Counted from the first letter of the stretch, positions 18,313 through 27,082 are shown. The stretch is 30,979 nucleotides of DNA from Promethearchaeota archaeon (GCA_027031765.1 JALVPN010000110.1:1-30979); one strand, 5' to 3'. The notes: generated by a model from the sequence alone, not told the origin. Translations and numbers: made by a program.

Positions 18313-19869
18313 ATGTCCACTAATAAGCTGTCCCGTCGTCCTTTGGTTGCGATGAGTGAACCGACGAGTCCATCGACACCGGACTTCATGAGTATCTCCC
18401 CCGCAGAGTTCTTCTACAGGAACCGCCAGATGGCTGGTTTTGGCAACCCGAGCGTGGCAGTCTTTTCAGCAGTGCGCGAAATGGTCGAGAATGCCCTCGA
18501 TGCCTGTGAGGACGCACGACGCGCACCTGTTGTCCGTGTTGACGTCCACAGTCTATCCCACGACCGCATTGAAGTGACGGTGGCTGACAATGGTGCCGGT
18601 ATCCCCTACGAGCATGTCCCAGAGGCGTTTGGTCGTGTCCTATATGGCAGCAAGTTCGCCACACGCCAGCGGCGTGGTACGTTTGGCCTGGGAGTGTCAA
18701 TGGCCGTACTGTATGGCCAGATCACCACGGACAGTCCAGTGATTGTCCACACCCGGCCCCCTGCGAGCACTGGCCGGCGCTATGAGATACTGATTGACAT
18801 TGAGAAGAACCGGCCAGTGGTCGAGTCAGTAACCGACATGCTACGCCCACAGGAGGGCACTACGGTGACAGTCCGTCTGAAGGGTGACCTGCGGAACCGT
18901 GACCGCATCGTGCAGTATCTCCGGCTGACCTCTGTGGGCTCGCCACATGCCCGGCTCGGACTTACCATTGATGGTTCGGAGGTGCTGGACATCGGCCCAG
19001 CGACCAGAGTACTCCCAACCCCTCCGGTGGTGACGCGGCCACATCCTCGTGCTGCTGACCTTGAGCTGCTGCGCAGACTTGTCAGTACCCGGCCGACCAC
19101 ACGACTGCGGGACTTCCTCGTCTCGTCGTTCCAACAGGTGGGCCGACAGTCAGTGTCGCGATTCGTCCAGTTCGCGTCGCTGAGTCCAAGTCGTCCAGTC
19201 GGTACACTGTCTCGTGACGAGCTGGCACACCTGAGCGATGCACTGCAGAAGTACCCCGGGTTCGGCCGGCCGGATGCGAGCAGTCTGAGCCCTATTGGGC
19301 AGGAGGGGTTCGTGCGTGCGGTCGAACAGGTCTTCTCGGCGTCGTGCGTCAAGTATGGCGCACGCCGGCCGGCCGAGTGGCATGGCAACCCGTTCATAGT
19401 GGAAGGGGTAGTTGCCACCGGGGACTCGTTTCCAAGCTCAGATGTCCCACAGTTATACCGGTTTGCCAACCGTGTCCCCCTTCTCTATGATGCGGGCGAC
19501 GATGCACTCCAGCGCACAGTCAAACGCATCGACTGGAAACGCTACGGGCTCGGCCCGGACTCTCGCTTTGCAGTCTTCCTCCACCTGTGCTCCACTCGCA
19601 TTCCGTACCGGGCTGCTGGCAAGCAGTCGGTCGATACGGTGCCAGAGATTGAGGCGGAGACCACACGGCTCCTCCGGTCACTTGGCCGGGCACTATCTCG
19701 TGTGGTCGAACGGCAGGCCCGGGCAAGACACGAGTCCCGGCGGAGGCGCAGCCTCCTGAAACACCTACGTCTGATTGCCAAGTTCAGCGCGTCCCTTGCC
19801 GGCATTGACGAGCCACCCGATGTCCGGCCACTTGTAGATGGACTGTTCGAGGCGAGTGATGATGACTGA
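18313..19869 (+). CDS. top6B: DNA topoisomerase VI subunit B
   Basis: ISPAEFFYRN, REMVENALDA, DNGAGI, GSKF, H2TH region, RFANRVPLLY and STRIPY..AGKQ. Confidence 0.96.
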   Translation: MSTNKLSRRPLVAMSEPTSPSTPDFMSISPAEFFYRNRQMAGFGNPSVAVFSAVREMVENALDACEDARRAPVVRVDVHSLSHDRIEVTVADNGAGIPYEHVPEAFGRVLYGSKFATRQRRGTFGLGVSMAVLYGQITTDSPVIVHTRPPASTGRRYEILIDIEKNRPVVESVTDMLRPQEGTTVTVRLKGDLRNRDRIVQYLRLTSVGSPHARLGLTIDGSEVLDIGPATRVLPTPPVVTRPHPRAADLELLRRLVSTRPTTRLRDFLVSSFQQVGRQSVSRFVQFASLSPSRPVGTLSRDELAHLSDALQKYPGFGRPDASSLSPIGQEGFVRAVEQVFSASCVKYGARRPAEWHGNPFIVEGVVATGDSFPSSDVPQLYRFANRVPLLYDAGDDALQRTVKRIDWKRYGLGPDSRFAVFLHLCSTRIPYRAAGKQSVDTVPEIEAETTRLLRSLGRALSRVVERQARARHESRRRRSLLKHLRLIAKFSASLAGIDEPPDVRPLVDGLFEASDDD

Positions 19870-20920
19870 CCGTCGTGACCGTGCACGTGAACTCCTCATG
19901 TTGTTAGGACTTCAAGTCCTCGACTCCATAGAACGTGGTGAGTTCCCAGTCCTCCACATTCCTGACCGCAGGACTAGCAATATTGTGTATGACCCCTCCC
20001 GGGGCCGCTTTGTGCTGGGCGGCTCGGTCCAGGTGCGTGACGCCCGCAATACGAAACACCTGCGTAGCTTCGTGCAGCTGATGTGGGCTGCCACATTCGC
20101 AAAGCAACTGCTCGAGTCTGGGAGGACGAGTTCGCTCCGCGACCTCTATTACTCCAGTGAGGCCTTCGGGATTGACTTCCGTAACCAGGCCGAGTCTAAC
20201 CGTATTGTGACCGACCTTGAGAGTCTGACAGGCATGCCACGTGAGGAAATGGGGATTTTTCCTGACGAGCACTCCTCTGTGTACGGCCCGGTCACGATGC
20301 GGTACACCGTGACGGGATACGAGGGTCGTGAGGTCGACCTGACCGTGAGTCCCGACGGCCTGCCCATTGGCCCCGCACTCACTACGGCCGAGCCTGTCGA
20401 CACCGACGCTGAGATTGTCCTTGCTGTGGAGTCTGGCGGTATGTTCTCACGTCTCATCGAGACCCGTGCGTGGGAAAAGTACCATGCGGTACTCGTGCAT
20501 CTCGGAGGCCAGCCACCACGGTCTGCAAGGCGTCTGATGCGGCGTCTGCACGATGTCCTTGGCCTCCCCGTGTTTGTGTTCACCGATGGTGACCCATGGG
20601 GTATGCATATTGCCCGTGTGATCGTTTCGGGCAGTGCAAATGCCGCACACATCGACAGGCTCACAGTCCACGACGCAGAGTGGATTGGTGTGACACCGGC
20701 AGACATCCGGGACTACTCGCTGCCCACTGACCCGCTGACTGATGCGGATTTGAAGAGGCTCAGCGACTTGTCAATAGACCCACGTTACTCCGACCCGCCC
20801 TGGTGCGACTACATCGTCGAGTTCAGGTCTTTGGGCCGGAAGGCCGAACAACAGGCCTTCAGCAGGTATGGCATTGACTTTGTCGTGGACACCTATCTCG
20901 CAGACAAGCTGGGCCAATAG
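19859..20920 (+). CDS. top6A: DNA topoisomerase VI subunit A
   Basis: SSLRDLYY (catalytic Tyr), VESGG (TOPRIM Glu), GGQP, FTDGDPWG and KAEQQA. Overlaps the top6B stop. Confidence 0.96.
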   Translation: MMTDRRDRARELLMLLGLQVLDSIERGEFPVLHIPDRRTSNIVYDPSRGRFVLGGSVQVRDARNTKHLRSFVQLMWAATFAKQLLESGRTSSLRDLYYSSEAFGIDFRNQAESNRIVTDLESLTGMPREEMGIFPDEHSSVYGPVTMRYTVTGYEGREVDLTVSPDGLPIGPALTTAEPVDTDAEIVLAVESGGMFSRLIETRAWEKYHAVLVHLGGQPPRSARRLMRRLHDVLGLPVFVFTDGDPWGMHIARVIVSGSANAAHIDRLTVHDAEWIGVTPADIRDYSLPTDPLTDADLKRLSDLSIDPRYSDPPWCDYIVEFRSLGRKAEQQAFSRYGIDFVVDTYLADKLGQ

Positions 20921-20929
20921 TCCCCAGGT

Positions 20930-21940
20930 CTATGACAGCAGGACAAATGCAACCCCTGCATATGCTATGACCGCCTGCAAGATGACCAGTGCCATGACGT
21001 TGCGTTTCTCCGTAATCCTCGTCAGATACGGCAGGATCCAGTAGACCGTGAACGGCCCCACCACTTCCAGAGTACCGTCCTCTCTTGGTGAGGCGAACTT
21101 TGCGTACTCAATCCGTGTTCTCCTCACGTAAATCCTGTACGCGATGTACAGGAGGAAGTTCAACAGGAACGGTGCATAGAGGATGACCGCAAGACGGTCC
21201 ATGTTCCCAAGGATTAGTGCTGCTGCCATTGCTGCACCCAGTGGTAGCCTGCCCACATCGCCTGGCAGTATCCTTGCCGGGTACCTGTTGAATATCAGGA
21301 ACGCGGCCGAGGCCCCCAAGAGGGCTGCAGCGACTACAACCGCATTGGCCTCCCCTCCCGTCAACGGACTCCCGTCACAGAGTGGTGCGAGGGCCAGGTA
21401 TATCAACACCGCAGAGGCGTTCACTGTGCTGAGCCCTGCTTCAAGGCCGTTCATCCCACCATACATGTTCGTCGAGTCAATGATGAACGTCATCATCAAC
21501 GGCACCACGACGAGGGGATAGACCACTCCTAAGTCAAGTGTCCCAAGAAAGGGTACAGCCATGGTGCTGGTGCCGACATTGAGCGCCGCCATTGGGACTG
21601 ACGCGACTAGTGGGAGGATGATTTTGGTCCTGTTCTTGAAGTCCAAGTTGTCATCAAGTAGGCCAATCATCCCTGCCATCAGCACTGCTACCAGCGCTGC
21701 GAGGAGCCCGACATCTACCGACTTGCCCTCGATGAATGTTGTCATGCCGATGACTACAAGTAGGCCGCTGGCTATTGCAAAAAGGACGACGAACCCGCCG
21801 CCCTTTGGGACTACCGGTCGGTCGGGCTTGTGAACGTCTACACCTGTCATCCCTCTTTCTCTGAGCATGCTGATTGCTGATGGCGTCACTGTGGCCACCA
21901 CTAGAAAGGCCACGATAAGAGATACTATCGGCTCTAACAC
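20930..21940 (-). CDS. aglH: UDP-GlcNAc:polyprenyl/dolichyl-phosphate GlcNAc-1-phosphate transferase (GPT/AglH/Alg7 type, PNPT family)
   Basis: Multi-pass membrane protein with G.DVHK..RP.VP..GG, GLLDD, NMYGGMNGLE and ILPGDVG. The motifs are GPT-like rather than MraY-like. Confidence 0.82.
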   Translation of the reverse strand: MLEPIVSLIVAFLVVATVTPSAISMLRERGMTGVDVHKPDRPVVPKGGGFVVLFAIASGLLVVIGMTTFIEGKSVDVGLLAALVAVLMAGMIGLLDDNLDFKNRTKIILPLVASVPMAALNVGTSTMAVPFLGTLDLGVVYPLVVVPLMMTFIIDSTNMYGGMNGLEAGLSTVNASAVLIYLALAPLCDGSPLTGGEANAVVVAAALLGASAAFLIFNRYPARILPGDVGRLPLGAAMAAALILGNMDRLAVILYAPFLLNFLLYIAYRIYVRRTRIEYAKFASPREDGTLEVVGPFTVYWILPYLTRITEKRNVMALVILQAVIAYAGVAFVLLS

Positions 21941-22170
21941 CTCTCATTCCTCACTCGGCTCGTATGTGTTGCACTCGTCCTATGTTTCATGGTGACGTTG
22001 GGTCCGGGACTGGTTGGCTTCGTGGTGCTACCTCTGATAACCCTTTCTGGGTGCAGGGCTTGAACGTCCGAAACCAATAAAAAGCGAACTCAGAGTCTGA
22101 GCCCACTGTTCGCGGTCCAGTGTACATTGAAGCCGCTGTCGCGAGCACCCTTCCAACATGGTGATACGCA

Positions 22171-25161
22171 TTGAGCATGCTCCATAGAAGGATTGCAACC
22201 GTCCTGCTGCTCACTCTCTTTGTAGCAAATGGTGCCATGGTGCAGTTGTTGCCCAACACGGCCGTCCAGCCTGTGTACGTGACAACTGTAGCCCAACAGG
22301 GGCAAACCATGGCTCAGTCCACAGTTGATGCCAGAGTCCCATACGTTGATGCACACTATGGCAATGCTGACGGCATAATCGACCCTTGGGAGTACGCATT
22401 CAACTATACCGACCCTGTGACTGGTGCAACCGTATATCTGGAGCACAACGGCACTGTACTGTTCATTGGTATCAAGGCCAATACCGGCGGCTGGGTCGCA
22501 ATCGGCTGGCAGGACTCGCCCTCGGCCTTTGCCACGGCCGGTCTGGATGGGAGTGACCTGCTCTTTGGCTACGCTCCTGGGGACTCGACTGTCACAGTCC
22601 AGCGGGTGACTCCCAATGATGCCGTCACAGTCCACTACAAGCTCTACTTCAGGAACGGCACGTTGGTGGAAGAAGGAGATGCCCCCGGTGACGAGTCGGG
22701 TGCACTGCAGGAACAGTCTCTACTGCAGATGTACAAGGACTCCATTGTTGGGATGCGCGTCGGCGAGGTGCGTCACTTTATAGTCCCTGCGTCCAAGGCA
22801 TACACAAACCCCTCCCACGACCTGTATGGGGAGGACCTCGAGTATGTCATCACACTGAACCGTATTGGTGAGAACCGCGACAACCCTGCCAGTGGCAGCC
22901 ACATTGTATATAGTGACCAACATGGTGTGTGCCCATACCAGCACCTCCCTGACGATGACCAAGGGCGAGTCCTTGCAGCCAATGCCAGCGAGGTCGTGAG
23001 TGGTACTACCCGGATCACACAGTTGGAGTACTCCATCCGGATGGACTCCAGCGACCAGGATGACATCACACTCCTGAACGGTACCGATATCAGTTACCCG
23101 ATGGTTCTCTTGGTCGGCGCCAGTGAGGACTGGACACAGTTCCCAATGTCCCATACTGACTGGTCGTCCCCGATAATGATGACCCTCCTCCCGAACGAGC
23201 GCCCAAAAGTCACGGTCATACAGCCCGAAGCTGGGACTGCGGTGCAGTGGATTGCAACAATTGAGGTCTCGGTCACTGACAACACGTTTGTCCGTACGCT
23301 CACGTGCCGTATTGATGATGACGAGTGGAGGACACTGAAGTACGACTTCAAGAGTGGTACGTGGAAACTGAAAGTTGATGTGTCCGACTATGGTGAGGGC
23401 ATCCACACGCTGTTGTTCAATGCTACGGATGCCTCCCATGTGAGTGCTTTCAAGTCGGCGCCACTGCCAATTGACCGTCCATATATGCCCCTTATGGGCA
23501 TGGGTCTCAGTGTGCAGCGAGTCCTCAAGACACTGAAGTATCACCTCACACTTGTTACGGATACGTTCAATGTCACAAACGAGGCCTCCGTCCCGGTGGA
23601 GTCTATCGATGTGTACCTCCCAGCTGTGTGGTCTTCCAAGTTGCTCTGGGTGAAGGCCAAGGACACGGAGGGGAACCGGCTCCGCATTGTGGGGCTTGAT
23701 GAGGAGTCTGGTCTGCGACACTGGAAGGTCTTCCTCTTCGAACCGGTTTCTCTTGGCGAGTCCTACCAGTTCCAGCTGTCAATGTATTTCCACTCGTTGC
23801 ACAGCATCACAAACCGTGAAGACTACCTGTACTCCATAAGCTTTCTCAAATACCCCGTTGTCCCCTACGTGCTGAACACGGCCTCCCTTACAGTCGACCT
23901 GCGGAGCGGTGAGGACTTCCGTGGTGGCAACCCGGCCTTTAGGGCATATGACATCGCCCCGATGACTGTCGAAGACCTGACCTTCACAATCAAGTCCTAT
24001 ACGCCTCTCATCCATGCCCGGAGGACAACACGTGTTACTGTCGACCCGTGGGGCTGGATGACTTACGAGGAGACAGTGTTCCTTGACAATGTGGGCCCGG
24101 CTAGGGAGAACATCTTCACGTTTACGCTCCCGAGCTACTGGTATGGTGTCAAGGTCTACGACGACGTGGGAGTGCTCGGCGCCTCACAGCACAGCATCTA
24201 CGAGAAGACCCCGGAGTCGGATGTGTATACCCTCAAGCCGTGGAACGATACGGTGTCTCTATCAATCAACCTGAGGGACGACCGGTTTGGAAAGGATGCT
24301 TTCTGGCCGGGCTACAAGTACACGTTCCACGTTTCATATCACATCCAGCTCGCGGCCCATCAGGTGGGCAGCCCACTGACGGGGGCGAAAGTTGAGATCC
24401 CAATGGCAACACTCTCTGAGGTGCTGGTGCTTGAGCATGTGGTCGAGGTCGTCACTCCCATGTCCGTCACGGTGTCGAACATAACCGCGGGGTCCCGCAC
24501 CCTGTACGGCCTGTTCGGCACAGTCTACCGGTTCGTCAACTACAATACTACAAAGTACAACCCGCCCGAGATTGCCCTCTCTTACTCGCTCACCGCCGGG
24601 GTACTTGCAAGGCCAATGCTTTTCGCATCTATCATCGCCATTCTGGCAGCTGTCTATGTGTCCCTCAGAAAGGCTGAGTTCGCAGTCGCCGGCGGTGAGA
24701 GCGAGGAGGCCGCAGCAAGGCTCGAGGCCACACGGGTCGGAGCGCCACCTGACATTCTCAGGCGTTTTGCAACACTGTACTCCAGAAAGACAGCCCTCAC
24801 ACTGGACCTTGAGAAGCTTAGGGCCGCCCGAGCACGTGGCAAGGTAAAGGCCCGTGAGTACCGGATGCGTGAGCACCAGATGACCGAAGAGCTCGAGAAG
24901 ATTGACAGCGAACTGCCAGCAGTCCGCGACGAGCTCATAAGCTATGGCCCGAGATACCGTACCATGATTGGCCAGCTCGAACTCGAAAGTGAGAGGATTG
25001 AAGGGGCAAAGGCGGGCCTCGCACAGCTGAAGAAACGGAAGAAGCGGATTAGCACTGGTGCTTACGAGCGCATGCGTGAGGACTACCTGAAGCGTATCCG
25101 AAAGGCAACAGCTGCCATCGACCGCATCATCATGTCGCTACAGGAAGAGGCAGGCGACTAG
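22171..25161 (+). CDS. Ribophorin I (OST1/RPN1)-like membrane protein with N-terminal DOMON/CBM9-like, inserted FKBP and Ig-like domains
   Basis: Signal peptide; DGIIDPWEY and GWVAIGW..GSDLLFG (DOMON-like); FKBP-like aa ~143-233; Ig-like aa ~341-435; ribophorin-like luminal region (DTFNVTN, VTVDPWGWMTYEETV); one TM helix near aa 815-840; C-terminal helical coiled coil; many N-x-S/T sequons. Alternative ATG at 22177. Confidence 0.78.
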   Translation: MSMLHRRIATVLLLTLFVANGAMVQLLPNTAVQPVYVTTVAQQGQTMAQSTVDARVPYVDAHYGNADGIIDPWEYAFNYTDPVTGATVYLEHNGTVLFIGIKANTGGWVAIGWQDSPSAFATAGLDGSDLLFGYAPGDSTVTVQRVTPNDAVTVHYKLYFRNGTLVEEGDAPGDESGALQEQSLLQMYKDSIVGMRVGEVRHFIVPASKAYTNPSHDLYGEDLEYVITLNRIGENRDNPASGSHIVYSDQHGVCPYQHLPDDDQGRVLAANASEVVSGTTRITQLEYSIRMDSSDQDDITLLNGTDISYPMVLLVGASEDWTQFPMSHTDWSSPIMMTLLPNERPKVTVIQPEAGTAVQWIATIEVSVTDNTFVRTLTCRIDDDEWRTLKYDFKSGTWKLKVDVSDYGEGIHTLLFNATDASHVSAFKSAPLPIDRPYMPLMGMGLSVQRVLKTLKYHLTLVTDTFNVTNEASVPVESIDVYLPAVWSSKLLWVKAKDTEGNRLRIVGLDEESGLRHWKVFLFEPVSLGESYQFQLSMYFHSLHSITNREDYLYSISFLKYPVVPYVLNTASLTVDLRSGEDFRGGNPAFRAYDIAPMTVEDLTFTIKSYTPLIHARRTTRVTVDPWGWMTYEETVFLDNVGPARENIFTFTLPSYWYGVKVYDDVGVLGASQHSIYEKTPESDVYTLKPWNDTVSLSINLRDDRFGKDAFWPGYKYTFHVSYHIQLAAHQVGSPLTGAKVEIPMATLSEVLVLEHVVEVVTPMSVTVSNITAGSRTLYGLFGTVYRFVNYNTTKYNPPEIALSYSLTAGVLARPMLFASIIAILAAVYVSLRKAEFAVAGGESEEAAARLEATRVGAPPDILRRFATLYSRKTALTLDLEKLRAARARGKVKAREYRMREHQMTEELEKIDSELPAVRDELISYGPRYRTMIGQLELESERIEGAKAGLAQLKKRKKRISTGAYERMREDYLKRIRKATAAIDRIIMSLQEEAGD

Positions 25162-25408
25162 CACAGCCGTACTGTACTGTCGCCTGTTTCGTAGGCAGTC
25201 CCACTGTGTCACAGCCTCTGATGGCAGTATCGACGTTGCACTGGGACTAGCATGTGGATACTAGACAGTCGGCTCTACCAGTATCTGTGACTGGTGCCAG
25301 GTCGACCTCGTCGTTGGTGGGTGCTGCCTGTACCGTCCGGTTGATGGCCTTGTAGCAATCCTTATGTGCGGTCAGGTGGTAGGTCTTTGCCCATAGGGGG
25401 TTCATCAC

Positions 25409-26299
25409 ATGGACGACCAACTGGTGTTCCATAGAGACCGCATAAGCGCTGGCGACCTCATCAGTCCCGGGACACGCACCTGGGACATGTACACGTACCT
25501 CAAGTCGAACCCACGTGTCCAGTCGTATCTCCGGACTGCAAACCGGATGGCGGTCTCGCGGTTGGGGTATACTGACCACGGTCCTGTACATGCTGAGGTC
25601 GCTACTTGGAACGCGCTGAGGGCCTTCGACATACTTGAAGAGAGCTTCCAGCCCAACGTTGTTGCCGAAGGCATCGGTGACATTGATGATGCGAGGCTTG
25701 TCGTCCTGGCGTCTACCTATCTCCACGATACAGGGATGGTCGTCCATCGGCTGGAACACAACCAGGCCTCTGTCCACCTTGCTGCGCCTATCCTCCAGGA
25801 AAAGCTTGACGAACTATATCCCGACCCGGGGCAGGCGACCGACATCATGTCCATGATCCTGCACAGTATCTATGCCCATGATGACAACACTCAGTGTCTG
25901 ACCCTTGAAGCGGGTATCACAAAGATTGGTGATGGCTGCGACATGACGAAAGGGCGTACGATAGTCCCGTTCCACAAGGGCAAGGTCGACATACACTCGG
26001 TGAGCGCACTTGCAATTGATGATGTGGCCCTCTCTACCGACCCTGAGAAACCCCTGCGGATCACAGTGACAATGGACAACCCCGCTGGTGTGTTCCAAGT
26101 ACAGGCAGTACTTGAGAAGAAGATATCGACCTCTGGCCTCCAGGATTACGTTGTCATTGATGTGATTGTCAATGGTGAGCGTCTGGTGCTCTCAAGAGTG
26201 AAACGTCTGTTCCGGGTCCATGTGGAGGAGCCCCCGGGTCCGTTGAGTATGAAAGAGAAGAGGGCATCATCAAAGACGCACTATGAAGATGATGAGTGA
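25409..26299 (+). CDS. HD-superfamily metal-dependent phosphohydrolase
   Basis: TDHGPVH, YLHDTG, IYAHD, IGDGCDMTKGR and DIHSVSALAI. Confidence 0.88.
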   Translation: MDDQLVFHRDRISAGDLISPGTRTWDMYTYLKSNPRVQSYLRTANRMAVSRLGYTDHGPVHAEVATWNALRAFDILEESFQPNVVAEGIGDIDDARLVVLASTYLHDTGMVVHRLEHNQASVHLAAPILQEKLDELYPDPGQATDIMSMILHSIYAHDDNTQCLTLEAGITKIGDGCDMTKGRTIVPFHKGKVDIHSVSALAIDDVALSTDPEKPLRITVTMDNPAGVFQVQAVLEKKISTSGLQDYVVIDVIVNGERLVLSRVKRLFRVHVEEPPGPLSMKEKRASSKTHYEDDE

Positions 26300-26301
26300 G
26301 G

Positions 26302-26408
26302 TGGTAGCCCCGTCCGGATTCGAACCGGAGTCGCTGGGGGTCTTCACCGGGGGCATCCCGCCCGACGGTACCAAAACCCAGTATGCTTGACCGCTACACC
26401 ACGGGGCT
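26302..26408 (-). tRNA. tRNA-Gln(UUG) with a 31-nt canonical intron and encoded CCA
   Basis: Acceptor stem AGCCCCG/CGGGGCT; anticodon stem CTGGG/CCCAG with loop TT-TTG-G|C; T-arm TCCGG-TTCGAAT-CCGGA; 107 nt total equals 76 + 31. Confidence 0.95.
26340..26370 (-). other. tRNA intron at position 37/38 forming a bulge-helix-bulge
   Basis: Central helix UUUU/GAAG (two G-U pairs), 3-nt bulges GG|U and AC|C, flanking ACCG/CGGU helix and a GGGC/GCCC hairpin. Confidence 0.9.
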
Positions 26409-26748
26409 ATCCTTCTGTTGTGCTGTCGTCTGCCGGAGTGGACAGGCCGAACGGGCGTCCATTGTCGAGGACATGCTCCGGGATGCGGTCCTTCCACTTC
26501 TCAAGGAACGCTGTTTCTACGTGCCTCTGCTTCTGCTCCAGCCTCATCTCATCAGGCAGCATGCACACTATCCCGTCAATCACGGGATACCAGCGGCCAC
26601 ACTTGCTGCAGACTATTAGCGCTTCGTCAATCTCCTCGACCTGCTCGCCACCAGAGTCCAGCATATGGCTTTCATAGACATCAATCTGGAGCTCTCCCTT
26701 GCAGTCCTCAGCAGGGCACGCAAGTATGTCCATCAGCCAGCGCTTCAC
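26407..26748 (-). CDS. trm112: Trm112 family methyltransferase activator
   Basis: MKRWLMDILACP..C..L....EEI.EALIVCSKCGRWYPVIDGIVCMLPD. GTG start with GGAGG upstream. Confidence 0.9.
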   Translation of the reverse strand: MKRWLMDILACPAEDCKGELQIDVYESHMLDSGGEQVEEIDEALIVCSKCGRWYPVIDGIVCMLPDEMRLEQKQRHVETAFLEKWKDRIPEHVLDNGRPFGLSTPADDSTTEG

Positions 26749-26788
26749 AGCCTCCACATCCTGTGGCCAGTCCTCCGGACTCAAGACA

Positions 26789-26800
26789 GTTTAAAAAGAA
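26789..26800 (-). promoter_or_regulatory. Putative TATA box for trm112-tRNA-Gln
   Basis: The minus strand reads TTCTTTTTAAAC about 40-50 nt upstream of the trm112 GTG. Its use on the plus strand is not excluded. Confidence 0.5.
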
Positions 26801-27082
26801 TTCTGACCTGCTACGCACACATTTTCCGCTTGGTTGTGGTTGCCGGGCCGGTGCGGCGTCCATGTGGCTGTTGACGGATGTCTGCCTCCTGTCGAAATGG
26901 TCTCGTGACGGGACTGCCACCTGCCTGTGTTGTACTCTCCTAGTGCTAGGATCGTGGTCAACCGGCGGTGTGGATGGCCGCTCATGGGTGGCCGCTCATT
27001 ACTGGCCATTTTACGGTCACCTACGCGAAAGCCTATTTTGGGGTCTTTGTCTGCTCATGGCCAGTACCCAGAGGGATTCGCC

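Noticed and set aside
19859-20920. Top6A as a meiotic Spo11-like novelty
   Set aside because: It is an ordinary Topo VI A subunit paired with top6B in the standard archaeal context.
6080-20920. Inteins in Hef, AtpB or Topo VI
   Set aside because: Protein lengths are normal and no intein terminal motifs or insertions are evident.
22720-23721. 333-aa minus-strand ORF, and the similar 234-aa ORF at 28931-29635
   Set aside because: Antisense to well-supported genes, with no recognisable motifs.
25247-25777. 176-aa minus-strand ORF
   Set aside because: Mostly antisense to the HD hydrolase, with no family signature.
26290-26340. tRNA 3' end as an integration site for a mobile element
   Set aside because: No duplicated tRNA 3' segment, integrase or compositional shift was seen in the window.
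26800-27082. Glycine riboswitch upstream of gcvPA
   Set aside because: The GGAGA / CCGAAG / CTCTCAGG core elements are absent.
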